The notes: a model not told the origin generated them from the sequence alone. Shown: positions 18,483 to 27,963, counted from the stretch's first letter. The stretch: 64,000 nucleotides of DNA from Vicinamibacterales bacterium (GCA_030680175.1 JAUXWO010000123.1:68328-132327); one strand, 5' to 3'. Numbers and translations are program-made.

Positions 18483-20894
18483 TCACTCGGATCGCAGCGC
18501 GGCGATGGGATCGAGGCGCGACGCGCGCACGGCGGGGCCCACGCAGGCGATGGCGACAATCGCGGCATGGAGCACCGCCACGGCGAAATAGGTGAGCGGG
18601 TTCAGCACGTTCACGCCGACGAAGATCGCCTGCGCCAGCCGCGCCGCGCCGGCCGCCAGCACCAGCCCGGCCAGCAGCCCCGGCGCCAGGAGCCGCGCGC
18701 TGTCGCCCAGCACCTCGCGGACGAGATCGCGCGGGGTGGCGCCCACCGACAGCCGCACCCCGAACTCACGGGTCCGCCGGCTCACCGAGTGAATGACGAC
18801 GGCGGCCAGGCCGACGGTCGCGATCACGAGCGCGAGGCCGCCACAGATCGTGAACATCAGGCTCAGCGTGCGGAACGGCCACATCTGCACCGCCATCCGC
18901 TGTGCCATCGTCTTGACCGGCGGCAGCGCCATCTCGGGGTCGATGGCCCTCACGGCCTCCGCGACCGGCCGCACCAGCGGCACGGGATCGCCAGCCGTGC
19001 GCACGACGACGGTGAGCGCGTCGTCATAGTGAGCGGCGGTCAGCGGTACGAAGAGCGCCGCGCGCTCGCGATCGAGCCCGCGCGTGTGGGCCAGGGCCGT
19101 CACGCCGACGACCGTGACCGCACGGCCCTCGGCGCCGATGCGGAGCACCTGGCCGAGTGCGGACGTGCCCGGCCACTGCGCGTCCGCGAACGTGCCATTC
19201 ACGATCACCTCGGCGGCATCCCCGCCACTCGTGAACTCGCGGCCCTCCGTCAGGCCGATCCCCATCACGCGGAGATACCCGGGCGACACCGCATAGGTGG
19301 GGAACGAGGGGCAGCCCCCACCCTCGCAGGCGCCGGTGGCGGGCCAGACCGGCGTCATCGTGTCGTAGCCGATGAAGAACGGCGCCCGATGGGCCAGCGC
19401 CACGTCCGCCACGCCCGGAAGCCCGCGGATGGCCTCGTCCGCGGCGGCCACATAGCGCGTGGCGCGGTCGCGATCGTAGCCGTACTGCGCCGGTTGCAGC
19501 TCGACGAGCACGAGCCGATCGCGGGCGAAGCCGACGTCCGTATCCAGAATCCGCGCGTACGACTGCACCAGCAGCGCAGACATCGCGAGGAAGAGCGTCG
19601 AGCCTGCCACCTGCGCGCCGACCAGCCAGCGCCGGAGCGGCGCCGGCCGTGCGCCGACGGTGTTGGCGCCCTGCGACCCGAGCACCCGCAGGACATCCAC
19701 ACGCGCCGCCGCAATCGCCGGCCACACGCCCGGCAGCACCCCGGCCACGACGATCAGCCCGGCGAGGAACCACACGACGGTGCCATCCGGCGTGAGGTCG
19801 ATGTGCTGGGGCTGCTCGATGGGGATGGCGAACGTGCCCATCAGCGATTGCGTCCACCACGCAATCAGCAGCGCCACCGCGCCTGACGCGACCGCGATCA
19901 CGAGCCCTTCGGTGACGACCAGACGCATCAGACGTCCCGGCCGCGCACCGAGCGCGGTGCGGATGCCCATGTCGCGCTCGCGCTCCACGGCGCGCGCCAG
20001 CAGCAGGTTGGCCACGTTGAAGCAGGCCAGCAGCAGCACCAGACCGATGATCCCCATGCCGACCGCCGCGGCCGTGGCCAGGCCCTGGCGCTCGCCCCCG
20101 CCTTCGTCGATCGCCCGGAAGCGGGCGGGGTGTCCCCGGTGCGTGTCTGGCCAGTCGCGAGCCATCTCCGCCACGGCCCTGTCGATGTGCGCCTGCACCT
20201 CGGCACCGGTCGCGTCCGCGTCCGGCTTCGCCAGCACGAACAGCCAGCGCGTGTCGCGCCGCTGCAGCCGCGGCGCGGTGGTGAACGCGGCCAGGTCTTC
20301 CAGGGGGAGCCAGATGTCCGGGGAGTAGATGCCGGCCGGACCGGTGAACGACTCCGCGATCACCCCGGCCACGCTGACGTCAACGTGATTGAGCCGGAGC
20401 ATCAGCCCGGCGATCGAGCGCGAGGCCAGCCGCTCGCGCCAGAAGCGCTCGCCGACCATCACCACGGGGGCATCCGCGCCGCGCCGCGCGAGGTGGAGCT
20501 GGCCGAGGCGCACCGGCGGTGCGACCATCGTGAAGTAGTCGGCCGACACGAACAGCACCCACGCCGTGTCGGTGCCCTGATCGTGCTGCCAGGCGAGCGC
20601 CGAACGTCCCTCGGCCGCCACCGTGGCCGCACCAGCCGTGGCCGCGCGGAATCGCTCGAACTCCGGCAGCGAGGCGTTGCGGTCGGGATCGTCCTGCGGC
20701 GCGGTGGCGATGCGGCCGACACCGTCGCGCGCGCCGCCGGCCGGGCCCTTCAGGAACAGGCCATTGACCACGCTGAACGCCACCGCGTTCACGCCCATGC
20801 CGATGGCCAGTGTCAGGACCGCCGTGGCCGTGAAGATCGGATGCCGCGCGAGTTGACGCAGGGTGTGACGAAGGTCCTGGAGGAGGCTGGCCAT
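18483..20894 (-). CDS. ADOP/MacB-type duplicated FtsX permease
   Basis: 803 aa. The N-terminus is MASLLQDLRHTLRQLARHPIFTATAVLTLAIGMGVNAVAF. Two MacB_PCD plus FtsX halves are present. There is no adjacent PadR or ATPase gene. Confidence 0.85.
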   Translation of the reverse strand: MASLLQDLRHTLRQLARHPIFTATAVLTLAIGMGVNAVAFSVVNGLFLKGPAGGARDGVGRIATAPQDDPDRNASLPEFERFRAATAGAATVAAEGRSALAWQHDQGTDTAWVLFVSADYFTMVAPPVRLGQLHLARRGADAPVVMVGERFWRERLASRSIAGLMLRLNHVDVSVAGVIAESFTGPAGIYSPDIWLPLEDLAAFTTAPRLQRRDTRWLFVLAKPDADATGAEVQAHIDRAVAEMARDWPDTHRGHPARFRAIDEGGGERQGLATAAAVGMGIIGLVLLLACFNVANLLLARAVERERDMGIRTALGARPGRLMRLVVTEGLVIAVASGAVALLIAWWTQSLMGTFAIPIEQPQHIDLTPDGTVVWFLAGLIVVAGVLPGVWPAIAAARVDVLRVLGSQGANTVGARPAPLRRWLVGAQVAGSTLFLAMSALLVQSYARILDTDVGFARDRLVLVELQPAQYGYDRDRATRYVAAADEAIRGLPGVADVALAHRAPFFIGYDTMTPVWPATGACEGGGCPSFPTYAVSPGYLRVMGIGLTEGREFTSGGDAAEVIVNGTFADAQWPGTSALGQVLRIGAEGRAVTVVGVTALAHTRGLDRERAALFVPLTAAHYDDALTVVVRTAGDPVPLVRPVAEAVRAIDPEMALPPVKTMAQRMAVQMWPFRTLSLMFTICGGLALVIATVGLAAVVIHSVSRRTREFGVRLSVGATPRDLVREVLGDSARLLAPGLLAGLVLAAGAARLAQAIFVGVNVLNPLTYFAVAVLHAAIVAIACVGPAVRASRLDPIAALRSE

Positions 20895-21152
20895 CTACAC
20901 CACAGACGCGCCGGCGCCGCCGATGTTCCGCACCGGGGGTATGGCGCGCCGGCCGGACGTTCTTCCAGATCCATCCGATGTCGACGCACGACCTGTGGGG
21001 CACGCGACATCTCAACTTCTTCTCGCACGCCCGAAAGGTACTCGTGTTGAAGAATGCGTGCGGCCAGAGTGCCAGCCGGCTGGTGCGGGCGCCAATCCCA
21101 CCGACTGCGTGCAGTAGGCGGCACTCGCCTTCAGGTGTTCCCTCCCCGCCCG

Positions 21153-22586
21153 TCAGGCGACGGGCAGCGCCGGGCGCACGCCGGGCTCCGCGGCGGCGGG
21201 CGCGGCCACGGACTCGGCGTCCGCGCCGGCTCCGAAGACGCCCATGTCGGTCTGCTTCAGCGCGCGGCTCGTCACCGCGCCCGCCGTCATCGACCCGCTC
21301 ACGTTCACGGCCGTGCGCCCCATGTCGATCAGCGGCTCGACCGAGATCAGCAGGCCGGCAAGCGCCACCGGCAGGTTCAGCGTCGACAGCACAATCAGCG
21401 CCGCGAAGGTCGCGCCGCCCCCGACGCCCGCGATGCCGAACGACCCGAGCGTGGCGACGAGGACCAGCGTGCCGAGAAACGAGAGGCTCGTCGGGTCGAT
21501 GCCCGCGCCTGGCGCGATCATCACGGCCAGCATCGCGGGGTAGAGGCCGGCGCAGGCGTTCTGGCCGATGGTGGCGCCGAAGCTCGCGGCGAAGTTGGCG
21601 ATCGCCGGCGACACCCCGAGCCGGCTGACCTGCGTTTCGACGCTCATCGGGATCGCCGCGGCACTCGACCGGGATGAGAACGCGAACGTCAGCACGGGCC
21701 ACACCTTCTGGAAGTACCGGACGGGGTTGAGCCCGGCCAGCGCCAGCAGCCCGGCGTGCATCAGCAGGATCACCGCCATCCCCAGGTACGACGCGACGAC
21801 GAACCCGCCCAGATTGATCACGTCGTCCAGGTTCGACATGGCGACGACGCGCGTCATCAGGGCGAACACACCGTAGGGCGTCAGGCGGATCACCAGCCGC
21901 ACGAGGCGCATGATGAGGTGCTGCAGCGTCTCGATGCCCGCCGCCACGCGCGCGCCCACCTCGGGGTTCTCCCGCCGAAGCGCCAGCACCGCCAGCCCCA
22001 GCAACGCGGCGAAGATCACGACGCTGATGACCGACGTCGAGCGGGCCCCCGACAGGTCTGACACGATGTTGACCGGTACGAACGACAGCAGCAGCGCCGG
22101 GATGCTGAGCGACGAGACCTGGCCGAGCTGCGACGCGAGCGCCTCGCCGCGCGCCAGTTCCCGCGCGCCCTGCACCAGGCCATCCGCCGTCAATCCGAAC
22201 AGCCGCGTGACGACGATGCCGATCACGGCCGACACCGCCGTCGTCACCATGAGGAGCCCGAGGACGCCCCCGGCGATCGCCCCGAGCGCGCGCGCGTCGC
22301 CGAGCCTGGCCACGGCGGCCAGGATCGAGATGAGGACGAGCGGCATCACCACCATCTGCAGCAGCCGCACATAGCCGCCCCCGACGACGTTCACCCAGGT
22401 CAGGGTCTCGACGAGCGCGGCGTGCCCGACGCCGTAGACGGCCTGCAGCCCGGCGCCGAGCGCCACGCCAAGGACGAGCGCGACGAGGACGTTCTGCGAG
22501 AGCGGCGCGCCGGCGCGCGCGCGCCGGGCCAGCCAGACGAGGGCGGCCAGCACGAGGGCGAGGTTCGCGAGGACACCAAGGGTCAT
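21153..22586 (-). CDS. dicarboxylate/amino acid:cation symporter (DAACS family)
   Basis: Polytopic protein with motifs PMSVETQ, GATIGQNACAGLYPA and IDMGRTAVNVSGS. I prefer the ATG at 22586 (MTLGVLANL..) over the track start at 22628, because an intrinsic terminator occupies 22629-22660. Confidence 0.85.
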   Translation of the reverse strand: MTLGVLANLALVLAALVWLARRARAGAPLSQNVLVALVLGVALGAGLQAVYGVGHAALVETLTWVNVVGGGYVRLLQMVVMPLVLISILAAVARLGDARALGAIAGGVLGLLMVTTAVSAVIGIVVTRLFGLTADGLVQGARELARGEALASQLGQVSSLSIPALLLSFVPVNIVSDLSGARSTSVISVVIFAALLGLAVLALRRENPEVGARVAAGIETLQHLIMRLVRLVIRLTPYGVFALMTRVVAMSNLDDVINLGGFVVASYLGMAVILLMHAGLLALAGLNPVRYFQKVWPVLTFAFSSRSSAAAIPMSVETQVSRLGVSPAIANFAASFGATIGQNACAGLYPAMLAVMIAPGAGIDPTSLSFLGTLVLVATLGSFGIAGVGGGATFAALIVLSTLNLPVALAGLLISVEPLIDMGRTAVNVSGSMTAGAVTSRALKQTDMGVFGAGADAESVAAPAAAEPGVRPALPVA

Positions 22587-22628
22587 ATGCGCTCCGGGGA
22601 CGAGAGGCAAAGGGGACGGCCGTCGCAA

Positions 22629-22660
22629 CGAAAAACGGCCCCTCCAGAAAGGAAGGGCCG
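22629..22660 (-). terminator. rho-independent terminator
   Basis: Minus strand: CGGCCCTTCC-tttct-GGAGGGGCCG followed by TTTTTCG. The stem is 10 bp with one mismatch. It lies downstream of the PQQ-propeller gene. Confidence 0.6.
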
Positions 22661-22723
22661 GAGAGGTGTGTGGCAGTCTACCGCCGGAACGCGCGGAGCG
22701 TCAAACCAAGGGACACGCGCGGC

Positions 22724-22787
22724 CGGCTCTCGGCTCCCGGCTCCCGGCCGCCGAACGCTGGAAGCCGAAAGCCGAAAGCTGAAAGCC
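22724..22787 (-). repeat. inverted heptad arrays forming a long G.U-containing hairpin in the 3' UTR
   Basis: Plus strand: (CGGCTCY)x3-4 at 22724-22751 and (GAAAGCY)x4 at 22760-22787. On the minus-strand RNA, GGCUUUC heptads pair with GGGAGCC heptads using G.U wobbles. On the plus strand the same positions would be C-A mismatches. Confidence 0.55.
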
Positions 22788-22794
22788 GCCGGCG

Positions 22795-24102
22795 CTAGCC
22801 TCCTATCGCCACCAGGCCCTCGACCGTCCGCCAGTACCAGATGTTGTCGACGAGCGCGGGCGAGGCCAGGGTCCGGGCGCCGAGCGTGTTGGTGTGCAGC
22901 AAGTTGAACTCGCGGCCCGCCCGGAGCACGAACGTCTCGCCCTCGTCGTTGGTGAAGTAGACCTTGCCGTTGACGGCCACGGGCGAGGCCGAGAAGCCCT
23001 CGCGCTGCGCCACGCCCATGCGGCCCTGGTACATGAGTGCGCCGGTCTTCGCTTCGTAGACCGTCGCGATGCTCTGCATGTCGTTCACCAGATAGAGCAG
23101 GCCGTCGAAGAGCACGCCGGACGGCACGAAGGGCGATCCCTTCGGGGAATTCCACACGACGTGCGTCGCGGTGACGTCGCCGCGCCCGCCGGGGCGGATG
23201 GCCAGCGTCGGGCCCGCACGGCCCGAGGACGCGAACACGAGGCCCTCCCCCACGACCGGCGTCGGGATGACCTCGAACGTCAGCCCACCCACCGTCCAGA
23301 GTTCCGCGCCCGTCTCGGGGTTGTAGGCGGCGACGCGCCGCTGGCTGCTCACGATGAGCTCGTCACGATCGCCGGCGCGGATCACGACGGGCGTCCCCCA
23401 GCCGACGGTCTCGGTGCGCGGCGTCTCCCAGATCGTGCGGCCCGTCTTCTTGTCGAAGGCCGCCACGAACGCGGTCTGATCCGGTACGGGCTTCTGGTCC
23501 TGGTAGAGGAAGATCCGATCCTTGTAGAGCACGGGCGAGCCCGCGGGCCCGTGGTAGTTGGCGATCTCGCTGAACTTGCGGTGCCACACGATCTTGCCCG
23601 AGAAGTCCACCGCCACGAGGCCGTGCCGGCCGAACGAGGCGTAGACGAGTGCCCCGTCGGTGGCCGGCGTGGCGGACGCGTGGCCGTTCTTCTGGTGCAC
23701 GTGCTCGACGACGTCGGTCGGAATGAACGTCTCCCAGAGGCGCTCGCCATTCGACCGGCGGAACGCCAGCATCGACAGGCGCCGGCCGCCGTCGTGCGCG
23801 GTCGTCAGAAAGATCCGATCGCCCCACACGATCGGCGACGAGTTGGCCTCGCCGGGGACCGGCGTCTTCCACCTCACGTGCTGGGTTGGCGACCAGCGAT
23901 CCACGTACGTGCCGGTGGGGACGATGCCCTGGCCGGACGGGCCGCGCCAGCGCGGCCAGTACCTGGCGCCTTCGCCCTCCACCTCGATCATGTGCACGTC
24001 TTCCGCGGCGGCCATCCGTCCGTCGGCGGAGACGAGGGTCAGGGTGCCCAGCACGAGCGCGCACCCGGCGGCGAGCAGCCGACTCTTCAGTGAATGGGTC
24101 AT
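22795..24102 (-). CDS. PQQ-like (BamB-like) beta-propeller repeat protein, secreted
   Basis: The real start is the ATG at 24102 (MTHSLKSRLLAAGCALVLGTLTL). Repeated W..-type propeller blades are visible (RLWETF, KIVWHRKF, RTIWETP, AELWTVGG). The rest of track ORF 22795..25326 is antisense to the next gene. Confidence 0.8.
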   Translation of the reverse strand: MTHSLKSRLLAAGCALVLGTLTLVSADGRMAAAEDVHMIEVEGEGARYWPRWRGPSGQGIVPTGTYVDRWSPTQHVRWKTPVPGEANSSPIVWGDRIFLTTAHDGGRRLSMLAFRRSNGERLWETFIPTDVVEHVHQKNGHASATPATDGALVYASFGRHGLVAVDFSGKIVWHRKFSEIANYHGPAGSPVLYKDRIFLYQDQKPVPDQTAFVAAFDKKTGRTIWETPRTETVGWGTPVVIRAGDRDELIVSSQRRVAAYNPETGAELWTVGGLTFEVIPTPVVGEGLVFASSGRAGPTLAIRPGGRGDVTATHVVWNSPKGSPFVPSGVLFDGLLYLVNDMQSIATVYEAKTGALMYQGRMGVAQREGFSASPVAVNGKVYFTNDEGETFVLRAGREFNLLHTNTLGARTLASPALVDNIWYWRTVEGLVAIGG

Positions 24103-24194
24103 GACAAGGCCGATGATACCGAAGTTCCCCTGGAGGCCTGCGCGATTTGACAGGCGCGGCGTGACGGCCCCGGCGCCAGCCCGGCCTTGGAGGA

Positions 24195-24238
24195 GTGCAG
24201 AAACTGCGCCGTTTTCGGTGTCACGGTGCCAGACCCTC
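24195..24238. repeat. solo half-copy of the 45-nt arm of the 36892-37021 palindromic element
   Basis: GTGCAGAAACTGCGCCGTTTTCGGTGTCACGGTGCCAGACCCTC aligns with the right arm at 36977-37021. The differences are 2 substitutions and a 1-nt indel. Confidence 0.85.
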
Positions 24239-24258
24239 CGTCGCCGTATGATGAAGGG

Positions 24259-25371
24259 ATGCGAATTGCAGGGGGGATCTTCGCCGTGGCGCTCGCGGGG
24301 CTGGTGTGGGCCGCGCCCATGGCCGCGCAGCCCGCGGCCTCGTTCGAGGAACGCGACTTCCTGTCGCGCGTGCGCCGGCTGACGGTCGAGGGCCGCCGGG
24401 CCGGCGAGGGCTACTGGTCGCCGGACGGCAACCGGCTGGTCTTCCAGAGCGAACGCGAGCCGGGCAACCCGTTCTACCAGATCTACGTGCTCGACCTGAA
24501 CGTCGGCGAGACCAAGCGCATCTCGCCCGGGCACGGCAAGACCACGTGCGCGTTCTTCCGGCCGGGCCGTCCCCAGATCCTGTTCTCGTCGACGCACCAC
24601 GACCCCGAGTCCCGGGCGCTGCAGCAGGCGGAACTCGACTTCCGCGCCTCGGGCCAGGAGCGCCGGTACGCGTGGGACTACGACCCCGAGATGGATCTCT
24701 ACGCGTACGACGAGCCGACGGGCACCTACACGCGACTCACCACGGCGCGCGGCTACGATGCCGAGGCCAGCTACTCCCCGGACGGCGAGTGGATCGCGTT
24801 CTCGTCGATGCGTGACGGCTACGAGCGGCCGCTGAGCGAGGCCGAGCAGAAGCAGCTCGCGCTCGACCCGAGCTACTTCGGCGAGATCTACATCATGAAG
24901 GCCGACGGCTCCGGCCAGACCCGGCTCACCCACACGCCGGGCTACGACGGGGGGCCGTTCTTCTCGCCCGACGGGACGCGCATCATCTGGCGGCAGTTCG
25001 ACGAGCAGGGGCTCATCGCCGACATCTGGACGATGAAGCTGGATGGGTCCGACAAGCGGCAGATCACCGACTTCAAGTCGATGAGCTGGGCACCCTACTA
25101 CCACCCATCTGGCGAATACGTGCTCTTCTCGTCCAACAAGCTCGGGTTCGAGAACTTCGAGATCTTCATGGTGGACGCGGCCGGGACCAAGGAGCCCGTC
25201 CGCGTGACCTACTCCGACGGCTTCGACGGGCTGCCGGTCCCGTCGCCGGACGGCAAGCGGATCGCGTTCACCTCGAGCCGTTCCGGGGGCGGCGCGGGGC
25301 AGATCTTCCTCGCCCAGTGGGATCACGAAGCGGCGCTCGCTGCCATCCGGCTCGCGCCGTCACGACGGTAG
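24259..25371 (+). CDS. TolB-like PD40/WD40-like beta-propeller protein
   Basis: Start ATG at 24259 (MRIAGGIFAVALAGLVWAAPMAAQ). Repeated PD40 motifs are present (YWSPDGNRLVFQS, SYSPDGEWIAFSS, FFSPDGTRIIW, VPSPDGKRIAFTS). Confidence 0.85.
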   Translation: MRIAGGIFAVALAGLVWAAPMAAQPAASFEERDFLSRVRRLTVEGRRAGEGYWSPDGNRLVFQSEREPGNPFYQIYVLDLNVGETKRISPGHGKTTCAFFRPGRPQILFSSTHHDPESRALQQAELDFRASGQERRYAWDYDPEMDLYAYDEPTGTYTRLTTARGYDAEASYSPDGEWIAFSSMRDGYERPLSEAEQKQLALDPSYFGEIYIMKADGSGQTRLTHTPGYDGGPFFSPDGTRIIWRQFDEQGLIADIWTMKLDGSDKRQITDFKSMSWAPYYHPSGEYVLFSSNKLGFENFEIFMVDAAGTKEPVRVTYSDGFDGLPVPSPDGKRIAFTSSRSGGGAGQIFLAQWDHEAALAAIRLAPSRR

Positions 25372-25400
25372 CGAAGGTCACGAAGGTCGCAAAGGCTCTT

Positions 25401-27242
25401 ATGAAGCGAACGCATCTGTCCCGTATCACCACCCTGTCGTTCGTCGCCGGCCTGCTGGCCGGGCCGGCGGTGCTGCCGTCGCAGTCGCAGACCGCCGTCC
25501 AGTCGCCGACCCGCGCGCACGTCGAGACGCTGGCGTCGGAGCGCTTCGAGGGCCGCCAGGCCGGGTCTGACGGCGCGCGCCTCGCCGCCGACTATCTGGT
25601 GTCCGAGCTGACGCGGCTCGGCGCCAGGCCCCTGCCCGGCCAGGACGACTTCCGGCTGCCGTTCTCGTTCACGGCGGGCGTGAAGGACGGCGGGTCGTCG
25701 CTCACCCTCACCCGCGAGGGCGCCGCCGCCGCCCGCTTCGCCGCCCCCTCGGCCGTGCAGGCGCTGTCGTTTGCCGACAACGCCGAGGTGAGCGGCGAGG
25801 TCGTGTTCGCCGGCTACGGGCTGGTCGTGCCCGAGTCACAGAACTTCGGCTACGACAGCTACGCCACGCTCGACGTCACCGACAAGATCGTCGTCGTCCT
25901 GCGCTACTTCCCGGAGGACGCGGATCAGCAGACCCGGGCGATCCTCTCGCGCTACTCGGACCTGCGCTACAAGGCCATGCAGGCGCGCCAGCGCGGCGCG
26001 CGCGCGCTCCTCGTCGTCACGGGGCCGCGATCGCCGAACGCCGGCGAGGTCGCGCCGATGACGTTCGACACGGCGCTGGCCGGCTCGGGCATCGTGGCCG
26101 CGAGCATCAGCGGTGAGGTGGCGCAGGCGCTCTTCGCGGGGGTCACCGACCGATCGCTCGAGGAGGTGCAGCAGTCGCTCGACACGGCCAATCCGCACGT
26201 GGCGGGCTTCGCCCTGCCGGGCGTGACGGTGTCGGTGACGACGGCCGTCGAGCGGCAGCGGCAGACGGGCTACAACGTCGCGGGGTACCTGCCGGCGACG
26301 CGGCGCCTCGCGCTGCCGAAGCCGTGGGTCGCGCTCGGCGCGCACTACGATCACCTGGGGCTCGGCACGCACGGCAATTCCCTGGCGCGCGGCGAGGAGG
26401 CGGGCCGGATTCACCACGGGGCCGATGACAACGCGTCGGGCACGGCCGCCGTGCTCGCCATCGGCGAGGCGCTTCGCGGCGAGCCGCGCAGCCGCCACGT
26501 GGTGCTGGCCTTCTGGTCGGCCGAGGAGATCGGCCTCATCGGGTCCAACGCCTTCGTCACGGATCCGCCGGTACCCGTCGAGGAGATGGCCGCGTACTTC
26601 AACTTCGACATGGTCGGGCGGATGCAGGAGAACAAGCTCACGCTGCAGGCGACGGGGACGAGCCCCGCCTGGGCGCGGCTCATCGAGCAGGCCAACGTCC
26701 TCGCCGGCTTCGATCTGCAGTTGATGGCCGACCCCTACCAGCCGACCGACGTGGCGAGCTTCAACCAGGTGAACGTGCCCAGCCTGAGCTTCTTCACCGG
26801 GACGCACGCCGACTACCACCGCCCGAGCGACACGGCGGAGAAGATCAACTACGAGGACCTCGACCGCATCGTCGACTTCGCCGCCTCGCTCACCCGCCGC
26901 GTGGCGGATCTCGACGAGGCGCCCGCCTTCACGCGCGTCGAACAGACGCTGATGCCCTCGGGCGGCCGCAGCGGCATCCGCATCTTCACGGGGACGATCC
27001 CCGACTATGCGACCGACGTGAAGGGCCTGCTGCTCGGCGGCGTCATCGGCGGCGGCCCGGCGGAAGCGGCGGGCCTCCAGAAGGGCGACGTCATCATCGA
27101 GATCGCCGAGCAGGCCATCACGAACATCTACGACTACACCTATGCGCTGGACCTGCTCCGGATCGGGCAGCCGGCGAAGGTGGTCTACATGCGCGGCGCC
27201 GAGCGTCGCGAAACGACCCTCACCCCTGCGGCGCGACGGTAG
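25401..27242 (+). CDS. M28-family metallopeptidase with PA-like insert and C-terminal PDZ domain
   Basis: Start ATG at 25401 (MKRTHLSRITTLSF..). M28 motifs: GAHYDHLG, HHGADDNASGTAAVL, FWSAEEIGLIGS and HADYHRPSD. The PDZ tail reads GPAEAAGLQKGDVIIEI. Confidence 0.85.
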   Translation: MKRTHLSRITTLSFVAGLLAGPAVLPSQSQTAVQSPTRAHVETLASERFEGRQAGSDGARLAADYLVSELTRLGARPLPGQDDFRLPFSFTAGVKDGGSSLTLTREGAAAARFAAPSAVQALSFADNAEVSGEVVFAGYGLVVPESQNFGYDSYATLDVTDKIVVVLRYFPEDADQQTRAILSRYSDLRYKAMQARQRGARALLVVTGPRSPNAGEVAPMTFDTALAGSGIVAASISGEVAQALFAGVTDRSLEEVQQSLDTANPHVAGFALPGVTVSVTTAVERQRQTGYNVAGYLPATRRLALPKPWVALGAHYDHLGLGTHGNSLARGEEAGRIHHGADDNASGTAAVLAIGEALRGEPRSRHVVLAFWSAEEIGLIGSNAFVTDPPVPVEEMAAYFNFDMVGRMQENKLTLQATGTSPAWARLIEQANVLAGFDLQLMADPYQPTDVASFNQVNVPSLSFFTGTHADYHRPSDTAEKINYEDLDRIVDFAASLTRRVADLDEAPAFTRVEQTLMPSGGRSGIRIFTGTIPDYATDVKGLLLGGVIGGGPAEAAGLQKGDVIIEIAEQAITNIYDYTYALDLLRIGQPAKVVYMRGAERRETTLTPAARR

Positions 27243-27258
27243 GCCGCACCAGCACCGT

Positions 27259-27900
27259 ATGGCCAGCGACAATCCCGCCGACGCCATCCACCCGCCCCGG
27301 CTTCCGGAGGTCGAGGATCGCTTCTTCGATCTCGCCATCGATCTGCTCTGCTTTCTCGGCTTCAACGGCTACTTCACGCGTCTCAACCCCGCCTGGGAGC
27401 GGGCGCTCGGGTTCACCCGCGAGGCGCTGATGTCAAAGCCGTTCATCGAGTTCGTGCATCCCGACGATCGCGAGCGGACGCTCGCCCAGAACCGTGCGGT
27501 GCGCGGCGGCGGGCAGGCGCACGCCTTCGAGAACCGCTACGTCTGCGCGGACGGGTCGTACCGGTGGCTGCGGTGGAACGCGGCGCCGGACGTCGACCGG
27601 CACGTGATCTACTCCGTGGCCCGCGACGTGACGGCGCACAAGGAGGCGGAGGCGAAGCGCGAGGCGCTGGTGGTGGAGTTGCAGGCGGCGCTCGCGGAAG
27701 TCCGGACGCTCCAGGGGTTCCTGCCGATCTGCACGTACTGCAAGAACATCCGCGACGACGAGAACTACTGGCAGTCGGTCGAGGCGTACATCTCGAAGCA
27801 CACCAACACCCAGTTCAGCCACGGCATCTGCCCCTCGTGCTACGCGACGGTGGCCGCCCGCGACTGGGACCCCGACGAGGGGAGCGGCACGGGCGGCTGA
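27259..27900 (+). CDS. PAS-domain protein with Cys-rich C-terminal module
   Basis: Start ATG at 27259. The PAS region reads FTRLNPAWERALGFTREALMSKPFIEFVHPDDR..YRWLRWNA. A coiled linker follows, then LPICTYCKNIRDDENYWQSVEAYISKHTNTQFSHGICPSCY. Confidence 0.8.
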   Translation: MASDNPADAIHPPRLPEVEDRFFDLAIDLLCFLGFNGYFTRLNPAWERALGFTREALMSKPFIEFVHPDDRERTLAQNRAVRGGGQAHAFENRYVCADGSYRWLRWNAAPDVDRHVIYSVARDVTAHKEAEAKREALVVELQAALAEVRTLQGFLPICTYCKNIRDDENYWQSVEAYISKHTNTQFSHGICPSCYATVAARDWDPDEGSGTGG

Positions 27901-27963
27901 CAACGGGAAACGCCCCGTGCTATTCTCCGCTGGCTCGGCTGTTTCTTCTGCCCGGAGGGCACC

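Noticed and set aside
20895-21152. Search for a PadR gene or operator upstream of the first ADOP permease, by analogy with 39688-40096
   Set aside because: There is no ORF with PadR motifs and no TTGTCGA-type dyad in this gap. This permease appears to be an orphan.
24103-25326. N-terminal extension of the 843-aa ORF 22795..25326
   Set aside because: It is antisense to the clearly real TolB-like gene (PD40 repeats). The PQQ-propeller protein has its own ATG and signal peptide at 24102.
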